NCBI RefSeq assembly: GCF_030384885.1
Contig: NZ_CP128613.1
Reading direction: 5' to 3' (one strand)
DNA: 64,000 nt
Origin: Escherichia coli
GTDB lineage: Bacteria; Pseudomonadota; Gammaproteobacteria; Enterobacterales; Enterobacteriaceae
In this document: positions 1 to 12,099 of the stretch, one piece after another
How positions within the stretch are numbered: position 1 is the stretch's first letter
Layout of the letters: each line of letters opens with the position of its first letter
The notes under the pieces: model-generated
Seen by the model: only the letters and a program-made list of their open reading frames with translations
What the model was told of the DNA's origin: nothing
Database searches by the model: none
Position numbers and translations under genes: made by a program

Positions 1-372
1 ATCGGCGTGGAGATAAAGCTGATACAGAAACTCATGTTGATAGAGTGTATCGCCGGTTGCTCCCGGAAAACTGTCATCAAAGGTCCAGCCGTTTTCCAGC
101 ATTAACGGGTTCACTACGGAAACGGAAATAAACGGTTCCAGTCCTTTGAGTTTACGCATGATCAGCGTGCGGTGCGCCCACGGGCAGGCGAGTGAAACAT
201 AGAGATGATAACGATCTTTCTCTGCGGCAAAACCGCCTTTGCCAGTGGGGCCTGGCGCGCCATCGGCAGTGAGCCAGTTACGAAATGCGGAAGCTGAACG
301 TTGAAATTTACCGCCGGTGGATTTGGTGTCGTACCAGGTGTCATGCCAGACGCCGTCAATCAGTTGACCCAT
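1..372 (-). CDS. yqjG: Glutathionyl-hydroquinone reductase YqjG, N-terminal 124 codons (gene continues beyond window start)
   Basis: Minus-strand translation from ATG at 370..372 reads MGQL... and ends ...TGDTLYQHEFLYQLYLHAD at position 1, matching remembered YqjG; the ORF-track 162..359 entry is an out-of-frame artefact. Confidence 0.85.
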   Translation of the reverse strand, partial: MGQLIDGVWHDTWYDTKSTGGKFQRSASAFRNWLTADGAPGPTGKGGFAAEKDRYHLYVSLACPWAHRTLIMRKLKGLEPFISVSVVNPLMLENGWTFDDSFPGATGDTLYQHEFLYQLYLHAD

Positions 373-442
373 TTTTCTCTCCTCGAATAGCAAAAACGAG
401 GAGCGTTTCTCCTCGTTTGAGACTGATGGCAAACGCAAAACT

Positions 443-541
443 GCCTGATGCGCTATGCTTATCAGGCCTACGAGGTTTCTGCAATGTATTGAATTTGCAT
501 GTTTTTGTAGGCCGGATAAGGCGTTCACGCCGAATCCGGCA
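443..541. repeat. REP/BIME palindromic units in the yqjG-yqjF intergenic region
   Basis: gcctgatgcg...cttatcaggcctac and gtaggccggataaggcgttcacgccgaatccggc are typical E. coli REP consensus palindromes. Confidence 0.7.
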
Positions 542-619
542 TGAACAACGCGCACTTTGTCAACAATCTGAAACGAGGAGTGTTCCCCCTCGTTTTTTAT
601 CGTTAAGTATAGCGCGTAC

Positions 620-1012
620 TTACCACTTTTTATTCAACAGACGGTCGATGCTATACGCGCCCGGACCGGTAATCGCCAGCAGCAGGAATCCGCCAGAAAT
701 AGTCAGGTTTTTCATAAACATCAGCGAGTTCATGCCTTCTGCAAAATTGCTGTGAAATAAAAATGCCGTCAGCAGCGTAAAGCCCGCAGTAAACAGGACA
801 GTGGTACGTGTCAGGAAACCGAACAGGATTGCCAGACCACCACCAAACTCAAGCAGAATCACCAGTGGCAACATAAAGCCAGGGACACCCATCGCTTCCA
901 TATATTGTTGCGTACCCGCGTAGCCAGTAATTTTTCCCCAACCTGCCGTAATAAACAGAATCGGCATTAAAATGCGTGCGACCAGTACCCCAACATCTTC
1001 TAATTTTTTCAT
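620..1012 (-). CDS. yqjF: DoxX-family inner membrane protein YqjF (130 aa)
   Basis: ORF 620..1102; internal Met (MKKLEDVGVLVARILMPILF...) gives the 130-aa protein; GGAGAG Shine-Dalgarno just upstream of ATG at 1010..1012. Confidence 0.9.
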   Translation of the reverse strand: MKKLEDVGVLVARILMPILFITAGWGKITGYAGTQQYMEAMGVPGFMLPLVILLEFGGGLAILFGFLTRTTVLFTAGFTLLTAFLFHSNFAEGMNSLMFMKNLTISGGFLLLAITGPGAYSIDRLLNKKW

Positions 1013-1198
1013 CTTACTCTCCACTGCGCCGCTCAGGCTGCTGATTGTTTTTTTGTGCAAGGGCGCGGTATTAGCGTCGTTGCTTTCGATGGAGAGAATC
1101 ATAAACGTGGCGAAGCGTGATTGTTAGCAAGTAAAACTGTCAAATATTTTCAAAAAATTTGAGGAATAAGGCCGGAATGTCTCCGGCCAGAAAGGAAG

Positions 1199-1498
1199 TT
1201 AACCGCGAAGCTGTTGTTGCTTGAGGGTTGTTTTCACCAGACGCCAGGCGCTCCATACACCAAAACCGCGTCTGGCCCAGCGGACCAGCATATTGGGATG
1301 ACGAATCGTCCAGATAGCCATCACACTACTGCCAACCAGCGCCCAGGAGCGCAGACTCAGCAGCATATTCCAGCGACGATCATAAGCGCCTGTCGCCTCC
1401 AGCCATTCACGACGACTGGCGGAAAGATCCAGCCGTTGTTGCTGGATCTGGCTAAGCAGTTGCGCCTTACGTCGTTCACGTTCGACTTTACTGCTCAC
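1199..1498 (-). CDS. yqjK: Small protein YqjK (99 aa, GTG start)
   Basis: ORF 1199..1636; in-frame GTG giving (V)SSKVERERRKAQLLSQIQQQR... 99 aa matches remembered YqjK; overlaps the yqjE stop by 11 nt. Confidence 0.75.
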   Translation of the reverse strand: MSSKVERERRKAQLLSQIQQQRLDLSASRREWLEATGAYDRRWNMLLSLRSWALVGSSVMAIWTIRHPNMLVRWARRGFGVWSAWRLVKTTLKQQQLRG

Positions 1499-1892
1499 GG
1501 GACTCCTCCTCGAGCAGTTGCCGATCGTTTGCCAGCTCATGGCGCGTATGGCGCAGTAAGGTGGATTTACGCGATTTACGTAACGTCCAGATACCGCCAA
1601 TGAGTGCCAGTAGCAGCAACACCACGGTGGTGGCAATCATCGCATTCAGGCGATATTGCGGATCAACCGCCCAGATAATCAGCACCATCAGGCTCATAAG
1701 ACCAAATGCAGCGAAAAGCATCGTCAGGCCCAGCATCAGTAAAAGCTGAAAGAGATTGGCTTTTTCCTCTTCCAGCTCCACCACCGCCAGCCGCAGACGT
1801 GTCTCCACCATTTCAACCATGATGGAAACAATTCGCTGCCCGATGCCCAGAACGCTTTTACCGGGCCCTTGCGCGTGATGAGTGTCCGCCAT
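1488..1892 (-). CDS. yqjE: Inner membrane protein YqjE (DUF1469, 134 aa)
   Basis: ORF 1488..1961; internal ATG at 1890..1892 gives MADTHHAQGPGKSVLGIGQRIVS... 134 aa. Confidence 0.85.
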   Translation of the reverse strand: MADTHHAQGPGKSVLGIGQRIVSIMVEMVETRLRLAVVELEEEKANLFQLLLMLGLTMLFAAFGLMSLMVLIIWAVDPQYRLNAMIATTVVLLLLALIGGIWTLRKSRKSTLLRHTRHELANDRQLLEEESREQ

Positions 1893-1894
1893 AA

Positions 1895-2200
1895 TTAACG
1901 ACGCGACAGCAGAACGCCGAGCACTACACCGATTGCAGCGCCAATGCCTACGCCCGTCCACGGATTTTCACGCACATACTCATCGGCACGCGCCGCCGCG
2001 ACACGGGTTTGTTTGGCAATGGCATCACCGGTTTCACCCAGGCGATAACGGCTCTGTTTCAGTGCCTGCTCCGCTTTGCTACGAATCTTACTCAACTCTT
2101 CTTTCGACTTCTCGCCAGATGAGCTAAGCACCTCTTCCAGCGTATCGGAAAGGGATTTCAACTCAGCACGCAGATGTTCCGTAGTGTGTTCTTTCGACAT
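1895..2200 (-). CDS. yqjD: Ribosome/membrane-associated protein YqjD (DUF883, 101 aa)
   Basis: ORF track 101 aa MSKEHTTEHLRAELKSLSDTLEEV... with C-terminal hydrophobic anchor. Confidence 0.9.
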   Translation of the reverse strand: MSKEHTTEHLRAELKSLSDTLEEVLSSSGEKSKEELSKIRSKAEQALKQSRYRLGETGDAIAKQTRVAAARADEYVRENPWTGVGIGAAIGVVLGVLLSRR

Positions 2201-2237
2201 AGTTTTCTCCAGGTGAGTAAGTAGTGACTATTGTGAG

Positions 2238-2606
2238 TTAGTAGTCGCGCGCTTCCAGCTTTTTCAGCTCTTCCTGCGCTTCTGCCAGTTTCCGTTCGCG
2301 TTTGGCAATCTTATCGGCATCGCCTTTTTGCTTCGCCTCGGCTAAATCTTGCTGGCGTTCCGCCACCTCATCTTTCTGCTTTGCGATTTTCTTCTGATGA
2401 TCGGCACGCAGCTGGCTATCTGAACAGTTGGCCCGGACTTCACTCAGGGCTTTATTCAGACCGTCAATACGATTCTGGTTTTGGTGTTTTTCGGCATAGC
2501 TGATCTCCTTAAGGATATTTTGCTCCTTTTCCTGACACAGGGTAGTGGCATAACTACCGGTACTAAGAGCAAAAAGAGAAACAGCTAAAGCGATGCGGTA
2601 TTTCAT
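2238..2606 (-). CDS. yqjC: Periplasmic protein YqjC (DUF1090, 122 aa)
   Basis: ORF 2238..2621; start taken at MKYRIALAVSLFALSTGSYA (signal peptide) giving 122 aa. Confidence 0.85.
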   Translation of the reverse strand: MKYRIALAVSLFALSTGSYATTLCQEKEQNILKEISYAEKHQNQNRIDGLNKALSEVRANCSDSQLRADHQKKIAKQKDEVAERQQDLAEAKQKGDADKIAKRERKLAEAQEELKKLEARDY

Positions 2607-2752
2607 TCTTGAACCTTCCATTGTGATTCGGACCTATTACAAAGGAACGATTGTCCAGACAACGAAGCGGTAGTGTTGACCACCGCCTCATTAATCATAG
2701 ACAGTTACGGTGAAATCACCAAAGTGAGTGATCTGTTTCGGATAACAGGAAG

Positions 2753-3136
2753 TTATCCGAAGCGATGAGAGTTATCCCGCAATCGGGTTAGCCACTGCAT
2801 AGCCTGACTATTATTGTCCTGCTGCGCAATGATGTAGCCATGGGGCAATGTTCTGTCGAGAACCGCTTTTGCTGCGGCACTCTGGTCGCTGGAGTCAAAC
2901 GTAATTAACAGAGTGTCGTTTTTAGGGGTGATGCTTTTGAAAGGAATGCCGTGAGCGTCAAGGTGATGCCAGATTGAAAAACCGTCTGGCATCGTTGTGC
3001 CTTGATGAACGGCACGAATCGCCAGCGTAGACTCTTGCTGGCGAACCGCGGACCAGGCCAGCAACAGCGTGCCGACCAGAAGTAAAACAGCGCCGGACCA
3101 GGTTAGCTGGCGAAGCGACATGCGAGGTATTTGCAT
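2753..3136 (-). CDS. mzrA: MzrA, modulator of EnvZ/OmpR (127 aa)
   Basis: ORF track 127 aa MQIPRMSLRQLTWSGAVLLLVG... matches remembered MzrA (YqjB). Confidence 0.9.
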   Translation of the reverse strand: MQIPRMSLRQLTWSGAVLLLVGTLLLAWSAVRQQESTLAIRAVHQGTTMPDGFSIWHHLDAHGIPFKSITPKNDTLLITFDSSDQSAAAKAVLDRTLPHGYIIAQQDNNSQAMQWLTRLRDNSHRFG

Positions 3137-3139
3137 CCC

Positions 3140-3802
3140 TTACCCCCGATTTCCATATTTCTTTTTCCATAACACGACCAGAGAACCTGCCAGGCCAAAC
3201 ACCAGCAGCACCACCGGGAGCAGCATCAGGCATGACATCAGCTGGTCCTCGTACTTTAAAAATACCGGCGTTTTGCCGAGCATGTAACCCAGAGTTGTCA
3301 GGATTAATACCCACAGCAGACCGCTCATCCAGTTGAAGAACTGAAAGCGCGCGTTATTCAGCCCTGATAACCCGGCAATCGTCGGCAGCAGTGTTCTGAC
3401 AAACGCAATAAAGCGACCAATTAACAGCGCCGATAAACCGTGTTTATGAAAAAGATGGTGTGCGCGTTGATGATAATGCGCGGGTAAATGAGATAGCCAG
3501 TTTTGTACGGTGCGGGTATTGCCCAGCCATCGCCCCTGAATATAGCTGACCCAGCAGCCGAGGCTGGCGGCAACGGTCAGAAGCAGAATCGTTTGCGGAT
3601 AGCCCATCGCGCCTTTCGCAATCAATACGCCGACCAACACCAGTAAACTGTCGCCCGGTAAAAAGGCCGCCGGAAGCAAGCCGTTTTCAAGGAACAAAAT
3701 TACAAATAAAACAAAATAGAGCATGCCAATCATCGACGGATTGGCCAGGGTTTCAAAATCCTGCGCCCACAGGGCTTGCAGCAATTGGGTCAAAAGTTCC
3801 AT
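3140..3802 (-). CDS. yqjA: DedA-family inner membrane protein YqjA (220 aa)
   Basis: ORF track 220 aa [30 protein letters not shown]...; multi-pass membrane protein. Confidence 0.9.
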   Translation of the reverse strand: MELLTQLLQALWAQDFETLANPSMIGMLYFVLFVILFLENGLLPAAFLPGDSLLVLVGVLIAKGAMGYPQTILLLTVAASLGCWVSYIQGRWLGNTRTVQNWLSHLPAHYHQRAHHLFHKHGLSALLIGRFIAFVRTLLPTIAGLSGLNNARFQFFNWMSGLLWVLILTTLGYMLGKTPVFLKYEDQLMSCLMLLPVVLLVFGLAGSLVVLWKKKYGNRG

Positions 3803-4146
3803 TCATTATTCCTGGTGAATCGGTTAACGCCACGCTGGTTTTAAAAGATGCACTACCGCAATGTTATTGCTGTTTTGGTATGTTCTGCGGGTTTGATACA
3901 TCAACACAGCCTGAACTATTCCCTGTTAAATCGTGAGATAAGAAAGCATTCAAAAGCATAAATTCAAATTGAATCTAATTGTAACAAAGGTCAACGTTGT
4001 TCGTTATCAAAATTACATGTCCGTGGAGTCTGATTTTGCTGAATGCAGGGGAGGGTGGCGAGAGGATTTACACAGGCTGACACTTTATACTTTTCGCTTA
4101 CCGACGAGGCAAACAGGCGCGTCGTTGCGCCTGCCGAATGGGGATT

Positions 4147-4923
4147 TCATTTGCTGCCGCTGGTGGCCGTATCAAGATGCACAACGGGATTTTCGGCGAA
4201 CAGATAGCGGTCGGCATTGAACTCGAAATCGTCGCTGGTTTCGTTAAATAACATGATCTTGGTGTTTTCCAGATGCTGCCACATTGCCAGCTTCGCGGCA
4301 TGGGGATCTTTGCGAATTAACGCTTTGAGGATCTGATCGTGGTCATCGCACCAGTTATCGACAGTACGGGCATCAATATGCTCGTGCAGTTTTTTCCAGT
4401 ATGGGTTATGGCTACGTTGGGTCCACATTTTTTCAACGATGGCTGCCAGGGCGGAGTTCTGCGTCGCCAGGGCAACCTGAATATGGAACTGCAAATCCCA
4501 CTCGGAATCACGGAAGCATTGTTCGCCGCGCGCCTGCTCCTGGATGGCCATCAGTTTCATGATGTCCTGTTTGGTTACCTGGGTCGCTGCGAACTCGGCA
4601 ATATTACTTTCGATGAGCTGACGTGCCTGAAGCAGCTCAAACGGACCGTAATTGGCGAATTCCATATTAGTGTCAGCTGACTGCTGATGGCGCGGCTGGT
4701 TGGAAACCACATGAATACCCGAGCCTTTACGCACCTCTACATAGCCTTCAACTTCAAGCATGATGATGGCTTCACGAACCACGGTGCGACTGACGTTCTT
4801 TTCATCGGCAATAAAGCGTTCAGCAGGCAGTTTATCACCCACCAGATAGACGCCCTGTTCGATGCGCTCTTTCAGATCAGCGGCAAGTTGTTGATACAAA
4901 CGGCGTGGTTCAGTGATTTCCAT
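4147..4923 (-). CDS. exuR: ExuR, GntR-family repressor of the hexuronate regulon (258 aa)
   Basis: ORF 4147..4938; start at [24 protein letters not shown]... (ATG 4921..4923) gives 258 aa. Confidence 0.9.
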   Translation of the reverse strand: MEITEPRRLYQQLAADLKERIEQGVYLVGDKLPAERFIADEKNVSRTVVREAIIMLEVEGYVEVRKGSGIHVVSNQPRHQQSADTNMEFANYGPFELLQARQLIESNIAEFAATQVTKQDIMKLMAIQEQARGEQCFRDSEWDLQFHIQVALATQNSALAAIVEKMWTQRSHNPYWKKLHEHIDARTVDNWCDDHDQILKALIRKDPHAAKLAMWQHLENTKIMLFNETSDDFEFNADRYLFAENPVVHLDTATSGSK

Positions 4924-5052
4924 ATGCGCTCCAGGCATGATACGGCAGACTATATTTGTTATACCACTTTTGCGAGTTTAGCTCTACTCGCAGTGATGAA
5001 AAAGCCGCCTGAGAAGGCGGCTTTGAAGGGAAACTAAAACTTACACGAAGCC

Positions 5053-6351
5053 TTAATGTTGCGGTGCGGGATCGTTATGTGATTCCTGCGCCACCTCAAT
5101 AGCCGGTTTGTTCTGCAACACAGTCCAGATAACCAGCGCACCCAGCAGGTCGAATACTGCCAGAACTGCGAACAGCGGGCTGAAGCCGATGGTGTCAGCC
5201 AGTGCACCGACTACCAGTGCAAACAGCGTACTTGCCAGCCATGCGGACATCCCGGTTAAACCGTTCGCCGTCGCCACTTCGTTACGACCGAACACGTCAG
5301 AAGAGAGCGTAATCAGTGCGCCAGACAGGGCCTGGTGAGCAAAACCACCGATACACAGCAGCATAATCGCGACATACGGGTTAGTGAACAGACCGATCAT
5401 ACCTGGGCCAATCATCAGCACCGCACCCAGCGTTACTACCATCTTACGGGAAACGATCAGGTTCACGCCAAACCAACGCTGGAACAGCGGCGGCAGGTAA
5501 CCACCGAGGATACAACCAAGGTCAGCAAACAGCATCGGCATCCAGGCGAACATCGCGATCTCTTTCAGGTTAAAGCCGTAAACTTTAAACATGAACAGCG
5601 GGATCCACGCGTTAAAAGTACCCCAGGCCGGTTCAGCCAGGAAACGCGGTAGCGCGATACCCCAGAACTGACGGTTACGCAGGATCTGACCAACGGACAT
5701 TTTCTTCGCTGTGTCAACCTGGTGCTGGGCTTCCTGACCATTAATAATGTAGTCACGTTCTTCATCGGTCAGATGTTTCTGGTCGCGCGGATGCTTGTAG
5801 AAAATCAGCCATGCCATCGCCCAGATAAAGCTCAACGCACCGGAGATGATAAATGCCATCTGCCAGCTGTGCATCACGATTGCCCATACCACCAGCGGCG
5901 GCGCAATCATCGCACCAATCGAAGAACCTACGTTAAAGTAGCCGACCGCGATGGAACGCTCTTTTGCCGGGAACCATTCGGAACTGGCTTTCAGACCCGC
6001 CGGGATCATCGCCGCCTCTGCAGCACCTACCGCACCACGAGCAACCGCCAGGCCACCCCAGCTACCTGCCAGCGCGGTTGCGCCACAGAACACAGCCCAC
6101 AGTACAGCAAACATTGCGTAACCGATTTTCGTACCCAGCACATCCAGTACATAACCTGCTACCGGTTGCATGACCGTATAAGCAGCAGAATAGGCTGCGA
6201 TGATATAGGAATACTGTTGGGTGGAGATGTTTAACTCTTCCATCAGAGTTGGCGCAGCTGCCGCCACAGTGTTACGCGTCAGGTAACCAAGCACGGTGCC
6301 GAGCGTCACCAGTGCGATCATATACCAACGTAACCCTTTAATTTTACGCAT
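5053..6351 (-). CDS. exuT: ExuT hexuronate MFS transporter (432 aa)
   Basis: ORF 5053..6471; internal start MRKIKGLRWYMIALVTLG... (ATG 6349..6351) gives 432 aa. Confidence 0.9.
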   Translation of the reverse strand: MRKIKGLRWYMIALVTLGTVLGYLTRNTVAAAAPTLMEELNISTQQYSYIIAAYSAAYTVMQPVAGYVLDVLGTKIGYAMFAVLWAVFCGATALAGSWGGLAVARGAVGAAEAAMIPAGLKASSEWFPAKERSIAVGYFNVGSSIGAMIAPPLVVWAIVMHSWQMAFIISGALSFIWAMAWLIFYKHPRDQKHLTDEERDYIINGQEAQHQVDTAKKMSVGQILRNRQFWGIALPRFLAEPAWGTFNAWIPLFMFKVYGFNLKEIAMFAWMPMLFADLGCILGGYLPPLFQRWFGVNLIVSRKMVVTLGAVLMIGPGMIGLFTNPYVAIMLLCIGGFAHQALSGALITLSSDVFGRNEVATANGLTGMSAWLASTLFALVVGALADTIGFSPLFAVLAVFDLLGALVIWTVLQNKPAIEVAQESHNDPAPQH

Positions 6352-6731
6352 GTAAAACCTCATCGTTTTGTTATATCCGCAGGAAGCGCGGCCATCATCC
6401 CGCCAGAGGCTGAAGATGTTAGTTACGACCGGGTAACCGAAAAAAAACCGGCACGCCCCGAACGTTGCCATGAAAGTTTCGTGCTAATTCGGCTTCCGTA
6501 CCGGTTAACCCGATTCATCTAACAAATGAATGAATCGGCAATTTGCATTCCGTCGACTTATGATTTGCGACGGCAGAAAGATAACTTGTCATACAACTTT
6601 AAAAGGTGAGAGCCATCACAAATGTGGGAATATTTGTAGGGACATTACCTGATGACAGCGAGGCCAGTACTGGCGCGGCTTGCAGCGAGATTTACCACTT
6701 TGAGAGTAATTTTTTTAACTACGTTTATTGA

Positions 6732-8246
<1,515 letters not shown>

Positions 8247-8260
8247 GGTCTGGGGTTGAT

Positions 8261-9748
8261 ATGCAATACATCAAGATCCATGCGCTGGATAACGTCGCGG
8301 TTGCTTTAGCAGATTTGGCGGAAGGCACAGAAGTCAGTGTCGATAACCAGATTGTTACGCTGCGCCAGGATGTTGCTCGTGGACATAAATTTGCGTTAAC
8401 GGATATCGCAAAAGGGGCCAACGTCATTAAATATGGCCTGCCGATTGGTTATGCATTGGCGGATATTGCGGCGGGGGAACACGTTCACGCCCACAATACG
8501 CGCACGAATCTGAGCGATCTGGATCAGTATCGCTATCAACCTGATTTTCAGGATCTGCCTGCGCAAGCGGCAGATCGTGAAGTGCAGATCTATCGTCGCG
8601 CGAACGGCGATGTCGGGGTGCGTAATGAGCTGTGGATCCTGCCAACCGTGGGTTGTGTTAACGGCATCGCGCGGCAGATCCAGAACCGTTTCCTGAAAGA
8701 GACCAACAACGCCGAAGGTACTGACGGCGTGTTCCTCTTCAGCCACACCTACGGCTGCTCGCAGCTGGGCGACGATCACATCAATACCCGCACCATGCTG
8801 CAAAATATGGTGCGCCACCCGAACGCGGGCGCAGTGCTGGTGATTGGTCTGGGCTGTGAAAACAACCAGGTTGCCGCATTCCGTGAAACGCTGGGTGATA
8901 TCGATCCTGAACGCGTTCATTTCATGATCTGCCAACAGCAGGATGATGAGATCGAAGCCGGGATCGAGCATTTGCATCAGCTGTATAACGTGATGCGCAA
9001 CGACAAGCGTGAGCCAGGCAAACTCAGCGAACTGAAGTTTGGTCTGGAGTGCGGTGGTTCTGACGGTCTTTCTGGTATTACTGCTAACCCGATGCTGGGG
9101 CGTTTCTCTGACTACGTGATTGCTAACGGCGGTACTACCGTACTGACCGAAGTGCCGGAGATGTTTGGCGCAGAGCAGTTGCTGATGGACCATTGCCGCG
9201 ACGAAGCAACGTTTGAAAAACTGGTCACTATGGTCAACGACTTCAAACAGTACTTTATTGCCCATGACCAGCCGATCTATGAAAACCCATCGCCGGGGAA
9301 CAAAGCGGGCGGTATCACCACGCTGGAAGACAAATCACTTGGCTGTACCCAGAAAGCGGGTTCCAGCGTCGTGGTTGACGTGCTGCGTTACGGCGAGCGT
9401 CTGAAAACGCCGGGGCTGAACTTGTTAAGTGCGCCGGGTAACGATGCCGTAGCGACCAGCGCCCTGGCGGGTGCGGGCTGCCATATGGTGCTGTTCAGTA
9501 CTGGTCGTGGCACGCCGTATGGTGGATTTGTGCCGACGGTGAAAATCGCCACCAACAGTGAACTGGCGGCGAAGAAAAAACACTGGATCGACTTTGACGC
9601 GGGTCAGCTGATCCACGGTAAAGCGATGCCGCAGTTGCTGGAAGAATTTATCGACACCATCGTTGAGTTTGCCAATGGTAAACAAACCTGCAACGAGCGT
9701 AACGACTTCCGCGAACTGGCGATCTTTAAAAGCGGCGTAACGCTATAA
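8261..9748 (+). CDS. uxaA: Altronate dehydratase UxaA (495 aa)
   Basis: ORF track 495 aa MQYIKIHALDNVAVALADLAEGTEV...; immediately downstream of uxaC (operon). Confidence 0.95.
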   Translation: MQYIKIHALDNVAVALADLAEGTEVSVDNQIVTLRQDVARGHKFALTDIAKGANVIKYGLPIGYALADIAAGEHVHAHNTRTNLSDLDQYRYQPDFQDLPAQAADREVQIYRRANGDVGVRNELWILPTVGCVNGIARQIQNRFLKETNNAEGTDGVFLFSHTYGCSQLGDDHINTRTMLQNMVRHPNAGAVLVIGLGCENNQVAAFRETLGDIDPERVHFMICQQQDDEIEAGIEHLHQLYNVMRNDKREPGKLSELKFGLECGGSDGLSGITANPMLGRFSDYVIANGGTTVLTEVPEMFGAEQLLMDHCRDEATFEKLVTMVNDFKQYFIAHDQPIYENPSPGNKAGGITTLEDKSLGCTQKAGSSVVVDVLRYGERLKTPGLNLLSAPGNDAVATSALAGAGCHMVLFSTGRGTPYGGFVPTVKIATNSELAAKKKHWIDFDAGQLIHGKAMPQLLEEFIDTIVEFANGKQTCNERNDFRELAIFKSGVTL

Positions 9749-9772
9749 AGTCGAAATGAGTTGTTAATAAAA

Positions 9773-9808
9773 AACGGCGTTTCATAATGTGAAGCGCCGT
9801 TTGCTTTT
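9773..9808 (+). terminator. Rho-independent terminator after uxaA
   Basis: Hairpin aacggcgtttc/gaagcgccgtt with 7-nt loop, followed by tgcttttcc. Confidence 0.55.
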
Positions 9809-9830
9809 CCATACCTGCTAAGGATTTATC

Positions 9831-10382
9831 ATGACCGCGTATTGGCTGGCCCAGGGCGTGGGTGTCATCGCCTTTCTGATTGGTATCACAACATTTTTCA
9901 ATCGTGACGAACGTCGCTTCAAAAAGCAGCTTTCGGTCTATAGCGCCGTTATTGGCGTACATTTTTTTCTTCTGGGCACCTATCCCGCTGGTGCCAGTGC
10001 CATCCTTAATGCCATTCGTACGCTGATTACCTTACGCACGCGCAGCTTATGGATAATGGCGATCTTCATCGTGCTGACGGGAGGAGTTGGCCTGGCGAAG
10101 TTCCATCATCCCATGGAGCTGCTGCCGGTTATCGGCACGATTGTCAGTACCTGGGCGCTGTTCCGTTGTAAAGGGCTGACCATGCGCTGCGTGATGTGGT
10201 TTTCTACTTGTTGCTGGTTAACTCACAACATTTGGGCCGGGTCGATTGGTGGCACAATGATTGAAGGCAGTTTTCTGCTGATGAATGGCCTGAATATCAT
10301 TCGTTTTTGGCGTATGCAGAGAAGGGGAATTGATCCGTTTAAAGTGGAGAAAACCCCTTCCGCCGTAGACGAAAGGGGCTAA
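9831..10382 (+). CDS. ygjV: Inner membrane protein YgjV (183 aa)
   Basis: ORF track 183 aa MTAYWLAQGVGVIAFLIGITTFFNRDERRFKK...; hydrophobic multi-pass. Confidence 0.85.
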   Translation: MTAYWLAQGVGVIAFLIGITTFFNRDERRFKKQLSVYSAVIGVHFFLLGTYPAGASAILNAIRTLITLRTRSLWIMAIFIVLTGGVGLAKFHHPMELLPVIGTIVSTWALFRCKGLTMRCVMWFSTCCWLTHNIWAGSIGGTMIEGSFLLMNGLNIIRFWRMQRRGIDPFKVEKTPSAVDERG

Positions 10383-10385
10383 GTA

Positions 10386-11630
10386 TTAGTTACGCAGGGC
10401 GCTATTTGCCAGACGATCGTCTTCCGCCTGGCAAGCTGCTGCAGTGAACAGCACGTCAGTTGAAGAGTTCAGCGCGGTTTCGCAAGAGTCCTGCAATACG
10501 CCGATGATAAAGCCGACGGCAACCACCTGCATGGCGATATCGTTCGAAATACCGAACATATTACAGGCCAGCGGGATCAGCAGCAGAGAACCACCTGCCA
10601 CGCCGGACGCACCACAGGCGCACAGAGAAGCCACTACGCTCAACAGCAGCGCCGTTGGTAGATCCACCGGAATACCCAGCGTATTAACCGCAGCCAGCGT
10701 CAACACGGTAATGGTGATTGCTGCGCCCGCCATATTGATCGTTGCACCTAGCGGAATAGAAACGGAATAGGTATCACGATCCAGATTCAGCTTTTCACAC
10801 AGCGCCATATTCACCGGAATGTTCGCCGCAGAGCTGCGGGTGAAGAAGGCGTACACGCCGCTTTCGCGCAGGCACAGCAGCACCAGCGGGAACGGGTTAC
10901 GACGAATTTTCCACCACACCAGCAATGGGTTAACCACCAGCGCCACCAGTAACATACAGCCAACCAGCACGACCAGCAGTTGCGCGTAGCCCCACAGTGT
11001 GGAGAAACCGGTGGTAGCCAGGGTAGAAGAAACCAACCCAAAAATACCGATCGGTGCGAAGCGAATGACCAGTTTCACCATAAAGGTGACGGCATTCGAC
11101 ATATCGTTGATCAGGTTTTTGGTGGTCTCGTTACCATGACGCAGTGCGAAACCGAGGCCAATTGCCCACACCAGAATCCCGATGTAGTTACCTTTCAGCA
11201 GCGCGTCGATGGGGTTGGAAACCATGCTCATTACCAGCCCGCGCATCACTTCGACAATGCCTGACGGCGGCGAAATATCACCCGCGCTACTGGACAAGTG
11301 CAGGGTAGAAGGGAAGGCAAAGCTGAAGACTACTGCGGCCAGAGCAGCAGAGAAGGTGCCCAGTAGATAGAGGAACAAAATAGGACGGATATTGGTTTTC
11401 TGCCCGTGCTGGTGGTTAGCAATAGACGCCATTACCAGCATCAACACCAGGATGGGGGCAACGGCTTTCAGTGCGCCGACGAACAAAGTACCTAACAGAC
11501 CGACAGCTTCCGCCGCCGGTTTTGAGATCCATGCCAGAAGAATCCCCAGAACAAGGCCGACCAGGATTTGTTTTACCAGGCTGCCATGAGCCAGACGCCG
11601 GAATAGCCCCGGTGAACGTTGCGTAGTCAT
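10386..11630 (-). CDS. sstT: Serine/threonine:Na+ symporter SstT (414 aa)
   Basis: ORF track 414 aa [29 protein letters not shown]... matches remembered SstT. Confidence 0.95.
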   Translation of the reverse strand: MTTQRSPGLFRRLAHGSLVKQILVGLVLGILLAWISKPAAEAVGLLGTLFVGALKAVAPILVLMLVMASIANHQHGQKTNIRPILFLYLLGTFSAALAAVVFSFAFPSTLHLSSSAGDISPPSGIVEVMRGLVMSMVSNPIDALLKGNYIGILVWAIGLGFALRHGNETTKNLINDMSNAVTFMVKLVIRFAPIGIFGLVSSTLATTGFSTLWGYAQLLVVLVGCMLLVALVVNPLLVWWKIRRNPFPLVLLCLRESGVYAFFTRSSAANIPVNMALCEKLNLDRDTYSVSIPLGATINMAGAAITITVLTLAAVNTLGIPVDLPTALLLSVVASLCACGASGVAGGSLLLIPLACNMFGISNDIAMQVVAVGFIIGVLQDSCETALNSSTDVLFTAAACQAEDDRLANSALRN

Positions 11631-12099
11631 TTTTCGATCCTTTCATTGTGTTGTCGCACATCCCTGGTGCGTTCTGTCGACGCATCTTTCAGGATGTAAC
11701 AAAGTGTTTGCAAGGTCGAGTATAAGGAAAGTTACAGCTTCGGGAAGCGAAAAATGCTGGATTTTAAAGAGATGTCATATTTTGCAACTTAATGGTTACA
11801 TTTGTTTGACATAAACAGAGGGAAGGACTGGCTGCTGAGACTGATTAGATAACATATAGGCAAAACTATTTGGCATATGAGAACTGTTGCGCTCCTGTGA
11901 TGTGCTATGCCATATAAAGTCACTGGCGCAGGGAGCGGCCAATCGCCGCTGCCCCGGCCTCCAGGGCACGCTTCGGTGATTTTGACGCCACTAACACCCA
12001 AGCGATCTTTTTGTAAAGAGCTATAAGTCGGTTACATACTTAATCGCTCATCTTTGTCTGGAATGAGTTATCACCCGTAGTGGCTTAATATACAGCGAA

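Noticed and set aside
162-755. ORFs 162..359 (minus) and 285..755 (plus) at the yqjG/yqjF boundary
   Set aside because: The first is out of frame with the genuine yqjG reading frame; the second spans the REP element and the yqjF terminus on the wrong strand.
3969-4301. Small ORFs (83 aa plus, 67 aa minus) in the yqjA-exuR intergenic region
   Set aside because: They overlap the exuR 3' end and intergenic sequence, have no ribosome-binding sites and no recognisable fold.
5053-6471. Long N-terminal extension of exuT (472 aa) and similar extensions of uxaC (491 aa), rlmG (503 aa), ebgA (1081 aa), glnE (1014 aa), patA (496 aa), yqjE, yqjK and ygjR suggested by the ORF track
   Set aside because: The track reports the longest ORF; internal starts with ribosome-binding sites reproduce the known protein lengths, and the extensions run through upstream intergenic or neighbouring-gene sequence.
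8396-9265. 289-aa ORF antisense inside uxaA
   Set aside because: Same reasoning as above; open frame on the opposite strand of a GC-rich gene.
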